Shown here piece by piece: positions 42,459 to 55,897 of a stretch of DNA of 64,000 bases (positions within the stretch are counted from its first letter, which is position 1; each line of letters opens with the position of its first letter). The translations under genes were made by a program, and so were the position numbers. The DNA is taken from positions 11,780,001 to 11,844,000 of the forward strand of contig CP075495.1 of assembly GCA_021613535.1 (NCBI GenBank), read 5' to 3'. Under the pieces are notes generated by a model. That model had not been told where the DNA came from. It worked only from the letters and a program-made list of their open reading frames with translations, and did not search any database. Source of the DNA: Adineta vaga (Eukaryota; Animalia; Rotifera).

Positions 42459-45007
42459 TTAATGTTTTGATAAATCAGTTCGATTAATCATCGTTCGTCG
42501 GAGACAATTCATAAACTTTTTCAAATATCCTCGTTTCTGAAGTTGTGAAGATGCATTCATTGTTTTGTAATTATTTAGATTATCTTGTTTCTGTTGTAAG
42601 AATTGAACTAAAGATAATGAAGCATTACTTTCACATGTTGCGCTTGTACTTTGTTGTTTTTGTGTATTTATTGAAAGTAGATAAGGTTTTGATAGAGAGT
42701 TCTCATCATTGTTCGAAATATTCAGTATTTTCTTTTCTCCTTCTTCACTCTTTGGTCCTTCGATGACTTTCAAAGATAAAATATGATCTAAATGAATCAG
42801 AAACAAAAAAAGAATACATTGATTATTGATATACAATCAAAGTACCATTTGGTTTAGTCTGGATACTTATTGAAGGCGAAATTTCATGTTCAGAATAATT
42901 AGAGGAATAAAAATCATTGATACTTTCATTAGATGAATGTTGTTGACTCGATATAGGACGAATGATATTCGACTTGAGAGGAATATTTTCAACAAGTTGT
43001 GATGATGTTACGGATGAAGGTGACGTTAAACGTTGTATCCAAGTGTTTTTTAAAAGACTTTCATTGTCGAGAAAATTCTTAGTCGATTTAGATGTTATCG
43101 AAGAATCATTAAAATCAGTCTAAAATATTGACATCAATAAATATTTAATGGAGATTAAAAAATAGATTGTGATAATTTCAATAGTTTGCTCACATTTATT
43201 TGATTCAGATATTCTTCATCATACTGACGTATAGTGTTTGACGTAGTTTCTGTTTCTTTGACGTTGTTAACTGCTGAATTCTTTTTTGATAAAACTATTT
43301 CTCGCGAACGATGAGAATTTATTGATTTGTTCGAAACCGGTGACAAGCTTTGAGAAGATAGAGGTGATGATAGTGCAAGTTTACTATCATCCCTATGAAT
43401 ATTGGAACGTTGTCGATCAGGATGAGAAGATGTACGACGTAATTTATGATGATCTGAAAATATTGATATCTGTTCACTGCTATTCGATCTGATTGAGTTA
43501 TCTATTGCAAATAAAATAGAATAAGAATTGATGGAAAGATCTGAAAATAATATTGCATATTTACCATGGATAGAATCGAACTGAAAAGATTGTTGTGGTG
43601 ACAGGATATGGCTACTGTTCGTAAGCTTTCGTTGATTAGAAAAGATAGAATTAGTTGATCGTTTTTTCTTTTTCTTTCTAGTTGCTAGAGAAAATAATAG
43701 ATATAGAAGTATATATTATCAATTAAATTTTAAGAAAAAGAATTACTTCCTAGTTTTCCTTTTATTGAAATAGATGATGATTGTCGAGATATGGATATTT
43801 GATCATTTGGAGAATCTATATGCCATTGAAGATTGTTATCGTCATTTATTTGTTTTTTACGCATAGAACTGTTCCGATATTTCTGTTTCGATTTGTTACG
43901 AGATATTTGTTTTGTTCTACTCAAACTTGTATCTTTACTAATACCATATCCTAACTTTCGGCGAATATTTCGATCTTTAATACCATATACCAAACCAAAG
44001 ACATGATTATTTTCATCTGAAGTTTCTATTTGTTTTACAATTGACCACGGAACAGACATACTATAGTCATTACATGCAACGTTACATGCAATCGAAGTAT
44101 CGAATTATCGACAAGATTTGGTGAGTTTATACATGGGTTTGTAACAGGTATTGTTGATTGAAGAGGCTGAAATTATTGAAATGATTCTTTCAAAAGAGAT
44201 TACATGTATTATCTGATTGCTAACCTACTTGAGGATTGCTACATTTATTGACGCAATCCATACAAGATTGAATAATCCTCTCTAAACGCTCTAATAATTG
44301 TGAAAACACCATATTCTGTGGCGAATCAATGAGTGTTTCTTCTCGTTGTTCTTTGTTTAAACAATGAATAACTAAAGCAAGTTTTCGAAGAATCGAGGAA
44401 ATAGATGAGATGTCAAATGTAATCGAATTTATCATATTTCCATAAACATTATCAATGTGTGTTAGTAATACAAAACGAAATTCATAGATACGTTCAGCAA
44501 TATCTTTCATTTTTTTTAATTGAACATATGATTGAAATTGTTCACTTGTCACTATTGAAGAAAGATAAAGTAAAAATTCATCGAGGAAATGAATTAATTT
44601 TTTGATAATATCTATGATGGATTGTTGTTCTTGAAAATAACATACATCATTCGATGTTGAACTATACAATAAACGAGTGCTATAATCATCAGTTTGACAT
44701 GATATGTTATCAAATGTATTCTGAGTATAAGGTTGATCATTTGCAATTGATCTAAAGAATAGTTAATTCATCGTAATTGACTTTTTCATATAAAATAAAT
44801 GTACAACTTATTATCTATGTCTACAGTTTTATTGATGCAATTAAGTCCGGTTAATAATGAACCAAATGCTGTGTTATATGTATATTGGGGAAAACAATCA
44901 TAATGTTTATTAATTTTCATTCGATCGAGATGAAGTTTCATTTGCCAATTATTCAAATCTTGTTCAGATTGATTCGAACAATTGAAAGATATATCTTTTG
45001 AAAACAT
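42459..45007 (-). CDS. Uncharacterised multi-exon protein; helical N-terminal part, Ser/Asn-rich low-complexity C-terminal part
   Basis: ORF segments 44786-45007, 44220-44669, 43730-44059, 43155-43346 and 42459-42836 join through GT-AG introns in consistent phase. Basic cluster RKKKKRS. No family recognised. Confidence 0.65.
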
Positions 45008-47676
45008 TCTATTCGATTTTTGATATCATATATTTCTTGAATTACCATTCATTTCTTATATTTTGAAGTTGACTCGTTAGTTTTATACAACTAATTTGTT
45101 TTATGAAAAAAAAAAACATTATCTTGTAAAAATAGAATCAAATAAACGATAAGAAAAAAGCATTTGTAACTATGGGTACACTCATGAAATGATTTGTCTC
45201 ATTATTTATCTAATTATTGCAAAAACAGCTGCATAGATTAATTAAATTCACTTAAGAAATAATTTTGTAGCAGACGGTTGAAGTATTCAGCAAACAGATC
45301 ACGTCAAAAGCCAGTAAGTTATCAACATCCGTTTCGGAAAAGAACACGTTAATCATTGCAGAGACTGGATACTTATACGATTTTATTTTCTTCTTGACTA
45401 TTCTCATTTAAAAAAATATATTCTTTGTTAGACACACGTATATTATACGAGTAGGATATTCATAGAATCATAGTATTTATCTGTTTATCAACAATAACGA
45501 CTTCTCATCTGACTGTAGTCTCTAATTCTTTAATTGTGTTAAACGTTGTGTTACTTTGTTTCGGTCTATCTTAATGAGATCTATTCAAAGTTCTTTTTGT
45601 GTACGCAAAACTGTTCTTTTATTCTTATTCTTGCTGAGTACATTCGATAAATGACACGAACTTCATTAGTGTCGAATAAAAAGTCGTCAAATGACAGAGA
45701 ACTTAGTAAGATCATTTTTTGTTATGTCAATTTTATCGTTTGATGATGAGCAGGCAAATTTTCTAGATCACATCATAAATGTTTGTTCGTAATTGAAATA
45801 TATCGGCAAATCACCATTGAGTTGACGATGTATTATTTTGACGTTCATCCCCTTATCTCTTTTTAATTTACTATCACAATAATTGAACTGCTGATCAATA
45901 GAGAAGATACAGGAGAAGTATCGAATGTGTTTCGAGAAAAATACTTTTTCCTTAAACAATGCATTTTTTCATAACAGTTGAATCCGTAGAAAATAGTGGA
46001 GTTGTTTTTTTTCAATGTAAAATATTAGAAGTAAGTACTTTTTCTAGACGTATAATATTAAGAGCATTATTTTTTCTACTGAAATATTTAATATATGAAT
46101 ACAACTCTAATAGACTACCGTCGAGAACAATAAGTTTTTATATCGTTCACTATTTAGTTATAGCATTGTCAAATAAGTTTTCTCAAATAGAATTTCTAGA
46201 AAATGTCAGTCTATCATTAGAAAATCTATTGAAACATAAAAAGTCAATAGATACTTTTACAATGGAATAGTATATCTACAGAATTAGTTTTTAAAATATC
46301 AAGTATGCGTGTCTAGAACATGTCTGCAATCGTTTATTTAGTTTTCAGATCATTATGCTCGATTTTATATTGTTCTAAATACAAACAGAAATATCTACAA
46401 GGAATTACATTATTACTCGAAGATATTGTCGAACAGAAAGTATTTTACTGAAAGCATAAGAGAAAAAGAAAGACATATGCTTTAGTTGATTGCACATGCA
46501 TACCGGAGATTCGAGGTTTTATTCAAATGATAGATGGTTTAGACACGTGGCATCATCGTTAGATTATTCTTATATTTATTTAAAATTCATTCGAAGTACT
46601 AAACGTCAATAATATCAAGTAAGAATTTTCCTATAAGATAAAAAGCGAACGAATATTCAGTTAACCTCGAAATCCTATACCGTTCGATTTAGTTTATCGT
46701 CGCAGAAATATATCTATGTGCGCAGTTTTCTGTCAGTATTCAACCGAAAGTAAACATTGTAATGAATAAGTTAGACATCAAATTTCCTCTCTCATGTTTC
46801 GTGCGTATTTATTAACTCTTCGATGATTTCTATTACTTATGTTTTGCGGGGAAAAGACTTCCAACCTGCGTTATCACTGACTATGTCCGATAATGTAAAA
46901 ACTCAGGATTAGTTATAACGATTAAAACTTGACGAAGACAAATATCATTTGTAGGTGATCTATACTTATTATTTTTAACTAACTTATAATATCTGAATAG
47001 ATGATAATAATTAAAATTATTTTAAAAGGTATAATAACATAAGTTCGAGTGTATTTTTTTCAAATTCATTCGTTCATTACCTGAATAATTACTATCCTTT
47101 AATTTATATCTTAGATTGTTAATAAATACGTAAAAAAAGTTCACATTCTTTCATGTAGTTCAGTTTTAAAATATATATGTGACTAAAATGTAAGAGAACG
47201 AAAATAGGTTCATTAGTTTGCTTCAATTAACATTCATCATTATTTTTCTGTAACTTTTTCTGAATGAATAAATCAACAGATCATCTCGTCTTTTGATAAT
47301 TTTTTGACAAAAATCATATTATAGTTCATTGAATCTCTTTTTTTTCCATCTCAACTTCCGAAAGATTCTCTTCAGATTATTCGATCTATCGAATAGATAT
47401 TTTGCATTATATACATTTGCAGATATATGATAGTCTTCCCGAGATTTTCTTTTTTCTCTCACCGATCTGTTTGTTAATAATAATGTTTATTAGAATAGCG
47501 ATCGATGGATTTTCATAACATTGATGTTTTCTGACATAACATGGAAAGTTTCTTTTTTTTCCCTATTTATCTTGTTAACAAATGTCAATCTTCATTCTAT
47601 ATAGATCTATATCGATGTTTTTGCTTTATAGATTATTCTTTTATTGTTATAGAACATAGACTTTTTCAAAAAGCAT

Positions 47677-48786
47677 ATGGATAGAAACAGTTCAACTGAT
47701 TCTACATTATCTTGTTCATTTAATGTTCCATTATTTCTTCGTTATGTAGGCACATTTGTTGTTATATTTGGTTTTCTTGGAAATTTTCTTTCAATATTAG
47801 TCTTTAGTAGAAAAACGTTACGTTCTCGTTCATGTTCAATTTATTTTTTGGCATTAAGTGTTAGTGATGTACATGTTCTTCTTGGTTATACAATTGAAAG
47901 TCTTCTTTTTCATGGTTATAATATTCAATTATTATCAAATTCATTGATGTGTAAATTAATTATTTTTCTAATTTATGCATCAACAGATATATCAAATTAT
48001 CTTTTAACATTCGCCGCTCTCGATCGTTGTATTCTAATTTCAAATTATCCCATGCGTTTTCGTTTTTGTCGAAAATCGACTGCAAAATTAATAATTCTAT
48101 GTGTTATTATTCTATTTAGTTTAATCAATAGTCATTTACTTCTCGGTTTTCATGTTGATGAATCTGGTGCATGTTTACCAATGAATACAGTATACAATTA
48201 TTTTTATACTAATTATTATGATTCCTATATTGATATCATTAAAACCGTTCTTTTACCATTTATTATTATATTTATATGTAATATATTTATTATTTTTAAA
48301 TATACACGACGAACACATTCATTAGTATTCAAAAGTTCGTTGAAAAGAAAGAGTCGTCGACGTCGTGAAAAAGATCGTCAGTTAACATGGTTTCTATTAT
48401 CAACATCAATATTATTTATACTTTTATCATTACCATCGGAAATCAATGATTTCATTCGTTCGTATATGAGTAAAAATTTTGAAAAAATTTATAGTTGTCA
48501 AATGTGGACATGTACAACAATACTCATACTTATCCATCAAATAAATCATGCATCACATTTCTATGTTTATACATTAACTGGACCCATATTTCGAAAAGAA
48601 TTTCAAAAATTAATCTTTTTCTTTCGAAAACAAAGAACAAAAAAACAATCTTTAACCCATTCGAAACAACCATCAATATCATTGAATGTTAATCCACAAG
48701 ATGATGGAGATAGTCAACAAATAAGTAATAATATTATTAATCAAGATGACTCCTCAATTCGTGTAAGTTTTCAACGTAATGTTTAA
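47677..48786 (+). CDS. Class A (rhodopsin-like) GPCR, peptide-receptor-like, single exon
   Basis: Seven hydrophobic segments; GN in TM1, LSVSD in TM2, DRC (DRY equivalent), ECL2 Cys, LP in TM6, HFYVY followed by FRKE helix 8. Confidence 0.92.
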   Translation: MDRNSSTDSTLSCSFNVPLFLRYVGTFVVIFGFLGNFLSILVFSRKTLRSRSCSIYFLALSVSDVHVLLGYTIESLLFHGYNIQLLSNSLMCKLIIFLIYASTDISNYLLTFAALDRCILISNYPMRFRFCRKSTAKLIILCVIILFSLINSHLLLGFHVDESGACLPMNTVYNYFYTNYYDSYIDIIKTVLLPFIIIFICNIFIIFKYTRRTHSLVFKSSLKRKSRRRREKDRQLTWFLLSTSILFILLSLPSEINDFIRSYMSKNFEKIYSCQMWTCTTILILIHQINHASHFYVYTLTGPIFRKEFQKLIFFFRKQRTKKQSLTHSKQPSISLNVNPQDDGDSQQISNNIINQDDSSIRVSFQRNV

Positions 48787-49662
48787 AGAAAAATAAATAA
48801 ATAAATATATGATGATAAATATTGAAGAGATTGTCATCGTTCAACGGCCACTTAGAAGAGAATGAACATATTCAAATAGATTTTGTTTCCAAGTTCGATT
48901 CTCTTCAAGAGTGGTTATCGAAACGATGTCTATGTTAATATTGATCACGAAGAAAATATCATCATCCTACTCTTAACCTGTTCGATCATTGAAATGTTTC
49001 ACATTTGCTTTTTCGTCTTCTTCTTCTTCTTTTTCTCTTCTTTCTTTTCGATTCAACAAATTCACTGAAGCATAACCAATTGACGAAACGAATATAGATG
49101 ATCAACACATAGTAGAAATATGACAAGCGTGTAGACATTTATTTGAAAATGAGAGTCGAATATGATAGATGTATAGATGTGCACTCAACGAAACGATTTA
49201 ATGGTTAAATGAAAAATAAATTATAGGATGACAATAGACAGATATCTAATGATAGATAGAGAAAACGAAAAAGCATGACATGCTGTCAACATCATCAAAA
49301 ATTGTTCTTATAATTAACATTCCTTTTATTTTCGTTCGTATTGAAAATAAAATGCGATTTGTTCTTTTTTTGCAGCATTGAACCAAAGATAAATCTCATG
49401 TAACAAATCAACTGTTTATGATCGATAATAAAATAGAAAAAAAAGTCTTTATATCTGAAGAAGATTTTTATAACTTTTATTTGATCTAATTATCACCATT
49501 GTACTTTATTTACATCGAACAAATACATAACATCATGTTTTGCTTGAAGAAATAATCTCTTTATTAGAAAATTTCTTCAACTCAATTTTTTACACAAGAT
49601 CTCAGATCAAATTCATTACTATTGAACCAAAAAATAAATCTTGATTTCAATTTTTATTTCTT

Positions 49663-52600
49663 TCAACCTATAGAACAACAATTTAATAGTTTAACAAAAT
49701 CATCATGAACTAAAACAAGATTATCGAGTGATAATGGATATAACTTGTCATCCATTGGTTGAAAAAATATCGGTGTCTCATCGAATATATTTAAATGTTC
49801 GGATAATTGATATGCATATGCTCGACGAATATATGAAAGTATTTCAGTTAAATTTAGATTGGATGTTTCACCTAAAAATACATATCTTAATCGAAATGAG
49901 ACTATATACATAAATTTTCATCTTACCAAAATGTAATTGATCAGGATATTTGAATTCTTCTATTGTAAAAGTTTTCAATTGATTTTCAATATGAAATGTT
50001 AAGATGTGAACAATCGCTTCAATGATTGGTCCAATTAATTTGACGAAAAATGTCAATTGAAAGTGATTTTCTTGAAAATGAATCTAAAAATTTCATCAAG
50101 TAAAATCATTCTTTCATCACTTTACTTACTCGATAGATTGGTTTGATTGTTTCAGAAACTTGATTCGAGACATCACTAATCATAATATCATCTTGATCGT
50201 CATCATATTCAACAAATTCGTCTCCCATCAAATCATCATCTTCATCATCGTCACTCCATTCATGATCTGATAGAATAGTATCACGAAAATGCATCGCTTT
50301 TTGAGGAATAAAATCCTAAGAAACAAGTAGTTTTCTTCTGTGGATATATCATTCACGTAGAACAAAGTCAATGCTTACTGTTTGAATATAATTTCTTGTT
50401 TGACAAAGTTGAATTGTTTGTCGAATTATTTGAGATAGATTTAAACATGGACGAATATTTAAATTTTGTTTAGTACCAAATGTAAATAGAAGAAATTTCA
50501 TTTGATTAAACATTTCAAATTCAAAAACATGTGATCTAGTACCAACATGTTGTACTTTGGATACAATTGATAAAGCTGATTAAAAGGAAGAAATAGACAT
50601 CTTTATTGATTTTGATTAAGGATTGAATTACCTGCTAAAATGTCAAGAAAATATTCTTTTCGTATGATTGAGATTAATTGAGATTTAGAATTCTTTTTCA
50701 ATTGATACTGTTGAATATCGTTTAGAGTTATTTCAGCCCATGAATGATTATCAGTAGTAATAAATGGACATGATTTCAACACCATTTGAAGTGTATCGAA
50801 TATCAGATCGATTGATGATAAGGATGACTATCAATACAAAAAATATATGAATGTGCATAGTTCATTATAGAAAGAATAGATATACAAGATTTCTTGGTAT
50901 TTGACATAGTTCAATACAAGCAATGACCGATTGAAAATCAATCTTTGTCTTCACCAACTGATTTGCATCTAAAGAAAAGAATATATATATATATATATAT
51001 ATATATTCATATTCTTTGAAGTGATAGTTTTGATAACTAGAAGCTCTCTTTTATATTATTACTTTTTTTGAAACATGTATTCTATAATATATAGTTTACA
51101 TACCATATACTAGATGTAAAAAGATGCAATCGACAAATCGAAAAACAATATTTTCTTCTTCTTGAGATTTGATTATTTCACATAATTGTTTTTGAATCTT
51201 CATCTTTCTTATGAAGGAGTCAACAAGTTCCTATTCGTTCAATTGAAAAATGGAGAGAAATCTTGTTGAAGTAAAAAACTTAATCTTACTTTGAATAGAA
51301 ATGGTTGACTAAAAGTTAAATATGATTTATATAAACATGTTGGAATGATTAGAATATCTGGTATTGATAAATCTAAAATAACTCAATTAAAATAAAAATT
51401 TCGTAGACTAAAAGAATAGTAAATTACCAAAACGAATTAAATCACATAGAAAAGACATTAAATAGAGATCGGAAGATTTTGGTTGAAAACTTATTGAATA
51501 ATCAAATAGAAAAATCATCGGTCCATTTCGATGGCATGTTTTTAAACATCGATAAATATACTAATATGAAAGAATATTAAAACTATTCATTAAAAATCTT
51601 TGCTTACACAGAAGAGATCTTTTCGATTCATATCTAATTCGGATAAATCAATGAAACCTAGACAATTGAGCATTATTCGTTCAAATATTGAACTCGTTTG
51701 AAATGAACGATTTGAAAAGATTTTCGTTGTTAATGGCCAATTAAAGATGGTTATTAAATGACGAAACATCCAAAATATTTCACGAAAATTCTTCTCTTCA
51801 TCGATAAAACATACGAAAATTGGAGCAATAGTATTTGTCTGAAAAAAAACGAAGATTTGATTTTGATTCGAAAACTCATTCGATTACTTGAAACAAATAT
51901 CGAAATGTTTTCATCGGTTGATTATGAACTTGAATTGGTAATGAAAGACTTCGTAGTTTTCGATAAGTATAATACATTTGAAATCTTAAATAAATATCTT
52001 TATTTCGAATATTTACAATCAATTCTTACCTTAGAATCAGATGATAAAGAAAATTCGGAAAAATTGATTTCCAAAAAGATTTTTTTATTAACATATTTTC
52101 ATCCATATGTGATAGTAATGAAATGGAGATGTCTTCGGAAAAACTCGAACATGTTTATTATACTTTGAATGATTCTCATACCTGCATTATTTTGTTTACT
52201 AAAATATAAATCTATGTCATGTCAATATTATTCTTCTCTTCACTTACAAATCAGATAATTGACCACGTTCATCACATTGTTTACTTAACGTTTTGTTCCA
52301 ATAATAAACTAATGGAGAAACCGCTTGTCTAAATATAACCATTTACACACATCACTGAGAAATCAAGCTTATTACCCAGATAAACGAAAATCAAATAGAC
52401 TTTTATCTCCTGATATATATGTATCAATCCATCGATAGATTGTCTAGAAACTTTTTGAATGAGAATAGATGTTCAAGACAAAAATCTCTCTTACATAACT
52501 TTTGACTGTACATATTTGACAACAACGAAAATTTGTCGATAAACGTTGAGCATACCGATGAAGATCCTGTTCAATCATATCATTTTTATAGATATTTACC

Positions 52601-52758
52601 AATCGACAAATACGCTAATGAAAATAAAAATTCAATTTAATTCTCTTTTGCTTTTATTAAATGTATAGATTATTCACTTCCGTTGAAACACTAGTATCAC
52701 TAGGTCGTATCATCTGAGATTCATTATACAATTGACGCCAATTAATCATTTCTTTCAT
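49663..52758 (-). CDS. Mitochondrial glycerol-3-phosphate acyltransferase (GPAM/GPAT1-2/Minotaur)-like protein with degenerate catalytic motifs, multi-exon
   Basis: Spliced translation has collinear GPAM-like landmarks: RCCQICT, IQVHNQPM, RKDL, IPDILIIP, RPCLNLSQII, and acidic WSDDDEDDD followed by LTFFVKLIGPIIEA. HxxxxD and FxEGTRS are absent at the expected positions. Confidence 0.72.
50981..51006. repeat. (AT)13 microsatellite inside an intron of the GPAM-like gene
   Basis: Direct reading of the sequence. Confidence 0.9.
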
Positions 52759-53187
52759 CTTTGAATATATTCAAAACAATAAGAAAAAGTTTAGTTTTCC
52801 TTCGATTTATCATTCATAATGATGAATAGAATGTATTTTCATTAAATAGATAAAGAGAACGAAAGGGGATTATTAAAAATCTTCCCCAACTCTCTTCTCA
52901 TATGACTCATTGCAATGCAATTCTTCTACATTTCAAATAAACCAATCATCGTTCACGCTGAATTATTTGGAGGCCGCTATAATCGACGATGTTGTTGTGC
53001 CTCTCAGAAATCCACATTTATGTGTAATTTTTCTTAGTACATCATTTCTAGTTTCTTCCGGGTTTACAATTTAGTCGACTGATGAAAAGAATTTCAGGAT
53101 GATGCAATGCATTAGTTCTATATTTATACACATACGTTAAATCATTTCGAACAGATATTTTAATCATTCTTTTTCTCTTATCACTAG
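52759..53187. promoter_or_regulatory. Probable bidirectional promoter between the GPAM-like gene (-) and NARS1 (+)
   Basis: Head-to-head start codons about 430 bp apart, with a slightly more GC-rich core around 52950-53010. Confidence 0.5.
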
Positions 53188-55686
53188 ATGGCTACTCCAG
53201 TAGACGCAACAACAGAAAAACTTGATGAATGTTCCATTAGTAAATAAAATTTGAAATTAGTTTGTATATATTTGTGTTCATTGAATTTAGAAGGGACAAT
53301 TGTTTATACATCGGAAAAAAATGGTAGCGATGAAAATGGTGACGGATCAGAAAGTAAACCATTTAAAACGCCCTTACAAGTTTGTTTTTGAATAGAAAAA
53401 TAGCAGACATTTTAGTTCATAATTTTTAGGCATATCGTCAACATGGTGATAATGTAACAGTTTATGTTGATGGTAAAGATGAAACACAAGTATGAATAAT
53501 TTATTATTATTATTATTATTAGATTAACTAGATATATATGATAAATCTAGGGCAAATGGGAATTATTATCGAAAGCTCAATCGAAAAAAGTGAAAACTCG
53601 TTATGAAGAAGAAAAGAAAAAAGAAAAAAATAAAGCAGAACAAGAAGTAAGCTTTATCAACAGTGAACTGATAATATTATTTTGATTTATTTATAGGAAA
53701 AAGATCGAGTACAACGAGAAGCCAATCTCGCAAAAGCTCGAGAAATAACCATCACTGAAGATTCATCATTACCTAAACCGAAATTGGTATGTTCGAAAGT
53801 AATCATTCAACAGGAATAATATTTCGAAATTCTATCTAGGTTAAAATTAAAGCATTGAAAAGTCAACATAATGAACGCGTAAAAGTTTTCGGTTGGGTTC
53901 ATCGTATTCGACGACAAGGTTGGTTGTCGGAATAATAAACATTATTTTTACAGACTGCTAATTTTTCTCTTTAGGCAAAAATTTGATGTTCGTTATTTTA
54001 CGAGACGGTACTGGTTTCTTACAATGTGTTCTGTCTGACAAATTAGTAAGAAAATAAATCTATCCATTTTCATAAACGATCTTATTTTGAAATAGTGTCA
54101 AACCTACGATTCAGTTTGTTTATCAACTGAAGCAACTATTTCTGTTACTGGTGTTGTACGTCCTGTACTTGAAGGTCAAACTGCACCAGATAACCAAGAA
54201 CTTACAGCTGATTATTTTGAAGTTATTGGACATTCACCACCAGGTGGTGCTGATACATTAATTAACGAAGTTTGTTAAGATAATTAGAAAAATAGTTCAA
54301 TTATTAAATCTTGTTTTCTAATGTATTAGGAATCTCATCCTGATGTTCAATTAGATAACCGACATATGTTGATTCGAGGAGAAAACGTATGTTAATGGAT
54401 TTGCTTTGTTTTCTAATGAAATCACAATGAAAAGAAATCATTTTATTTAGACATCGAAAATTTTACGTCTTCGTTCCATTGTTACTCAATGTTTTCGTGA
54501 TCATTACTTTGATCGAGGTTATTATGAAGTAAGATATCATGTAAAGATTTTGTTTTATTAATTGATTGTCTTTTTCGTTTTTCTTAGACATTTCCACCAA
54601 CTCTTGTTCAAACTCAAGTTGAAGGTGGTTCCACTCTGTTTGGTCTTAATTATTTTGGAGAAGCAGCATATTTAACGCAATCATCACAACTTTATCTTGA
54701 AACAGCATGTCCAGCATTAGGTGATGTTTTCTGTATTGCTCAATCCTATCGAGCTGAACAATCCCGTACTCGTCGTCATTTAGCTGAGTAAGAAGAAAAC
54801 ATATTAGAGAATCTATTTTAAGTAGAAACGTTTTTTGTAGATATACACACGTAGAAGCCGAATGTCCATTTATTTCTTTTGATGATCTATTAGATCGAAT
54901 TGAAGATCTTGTTGTTGATGTTGTTGATCGTGTATTGAAACATCCGGAAGCTCATCTCTTGTTTGAAGTTCACCCAGTATGAAAAACAAAAATTCTTGAA
55001 AATAAAATTTATCGAAAAAAAACCATGTTCTACTTTTTCTACTTGCAGGGATTCAAAGCACCAAAAAAACCATTCAGACGTATGAATTATAGTGATGGTA
55101 TTGAATGGTTAAAAGAAAATGGCATTAAAAACGAAGATACTGGTAAATTTTATGAATTCGGTGAAGATATACCTGAAATGCCTGAAAGAAAAATGACCGA
55201 TGCAATCAATGAACCTATTTTATTCTGTCGATTTCCAGCAGAAATCAAATCATTTTATATGCAACGTGATGCAAAAGATGCACGTTTGACAGAATCAGTA
55301 AATATTCATATTTTTTTCTGTTTCTATTATCTGTATTATCGCGTGATTTTTGTCAGGTTGATGTTTTAATGCCCGGTGTTGGTGAAATTGTTGGTGGAAG
55401 TATGAGGATGACAAGCTTTGAAGATTTATCTGAAAGTTTTCGAAAGAATGGTCTTAAAACGGAACCATACTATTGGTATTTAGATCAAGTAAGTTCTCCT
55501 GTTTTCGATTGATTTTCAAGATGAATACTAAATGACATATTTTTCTTCATTTAGCGTAAATATGGAACATTTCCTCATGGCGGTTATGGTCTTGGTCTTG
55601 ATCGTTTCATGACATGGCTAACAAACCGTCATCATATTCGTGATGTTTGTTTCTATCCACGATTTATTGGTCGATGTAGACCATAA
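53188..55686 (+). CDS. NARS1: Cytoplasmic asparaginyl-tRNA synthetase, multi-exon
   Basis: N-terminal [16 protein letters not shown]; [30 protein letters not shown]; QVEGGSTLF; [21 protein letters not shown]; [12 protein letters not shown]; [10 protein letters not shown] stop. Confidence 0.97.
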
Positions 55687-55897
55687 AAACAAACCATCAT
55701 TAAGCATTCATGGAAAGAATATAATAAGAACATTGTTTCGTTTTCTTGATTTTACGTTGTTTTCTTTTTTTTCTTTTTGTTTTGTGAAAAAACTCGAAGA
55801 AAACATTTATTTATAAGAATTTATTTAATCCAAGGGATCAATACTTTTTATGTCTATCAAAGAAAAAAAAATTGAAAAACTCACATCATTACTTTAG

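Noticed and set aside
44060-44166. Apparent frameshift or in-frame stop in the orphan minus-strand gene
   Set aside because: A 72-nt GT-AG intron (about 44132-44061) together with the phase-1 upstream donor restores the frame (YKPI-MSVPW).
17422-48786. Peptide precursor and GPCR as a linked ligand-receptor pair
   Set aside because: 30 kb apart with unrelated genes between; animal ligand and receptor genes are rarely linked; no sequence support.
51758-52168. 136-aa plus-strand ORF
   Set aside because: Antisense shadow of the GPAM-like exons and introns.
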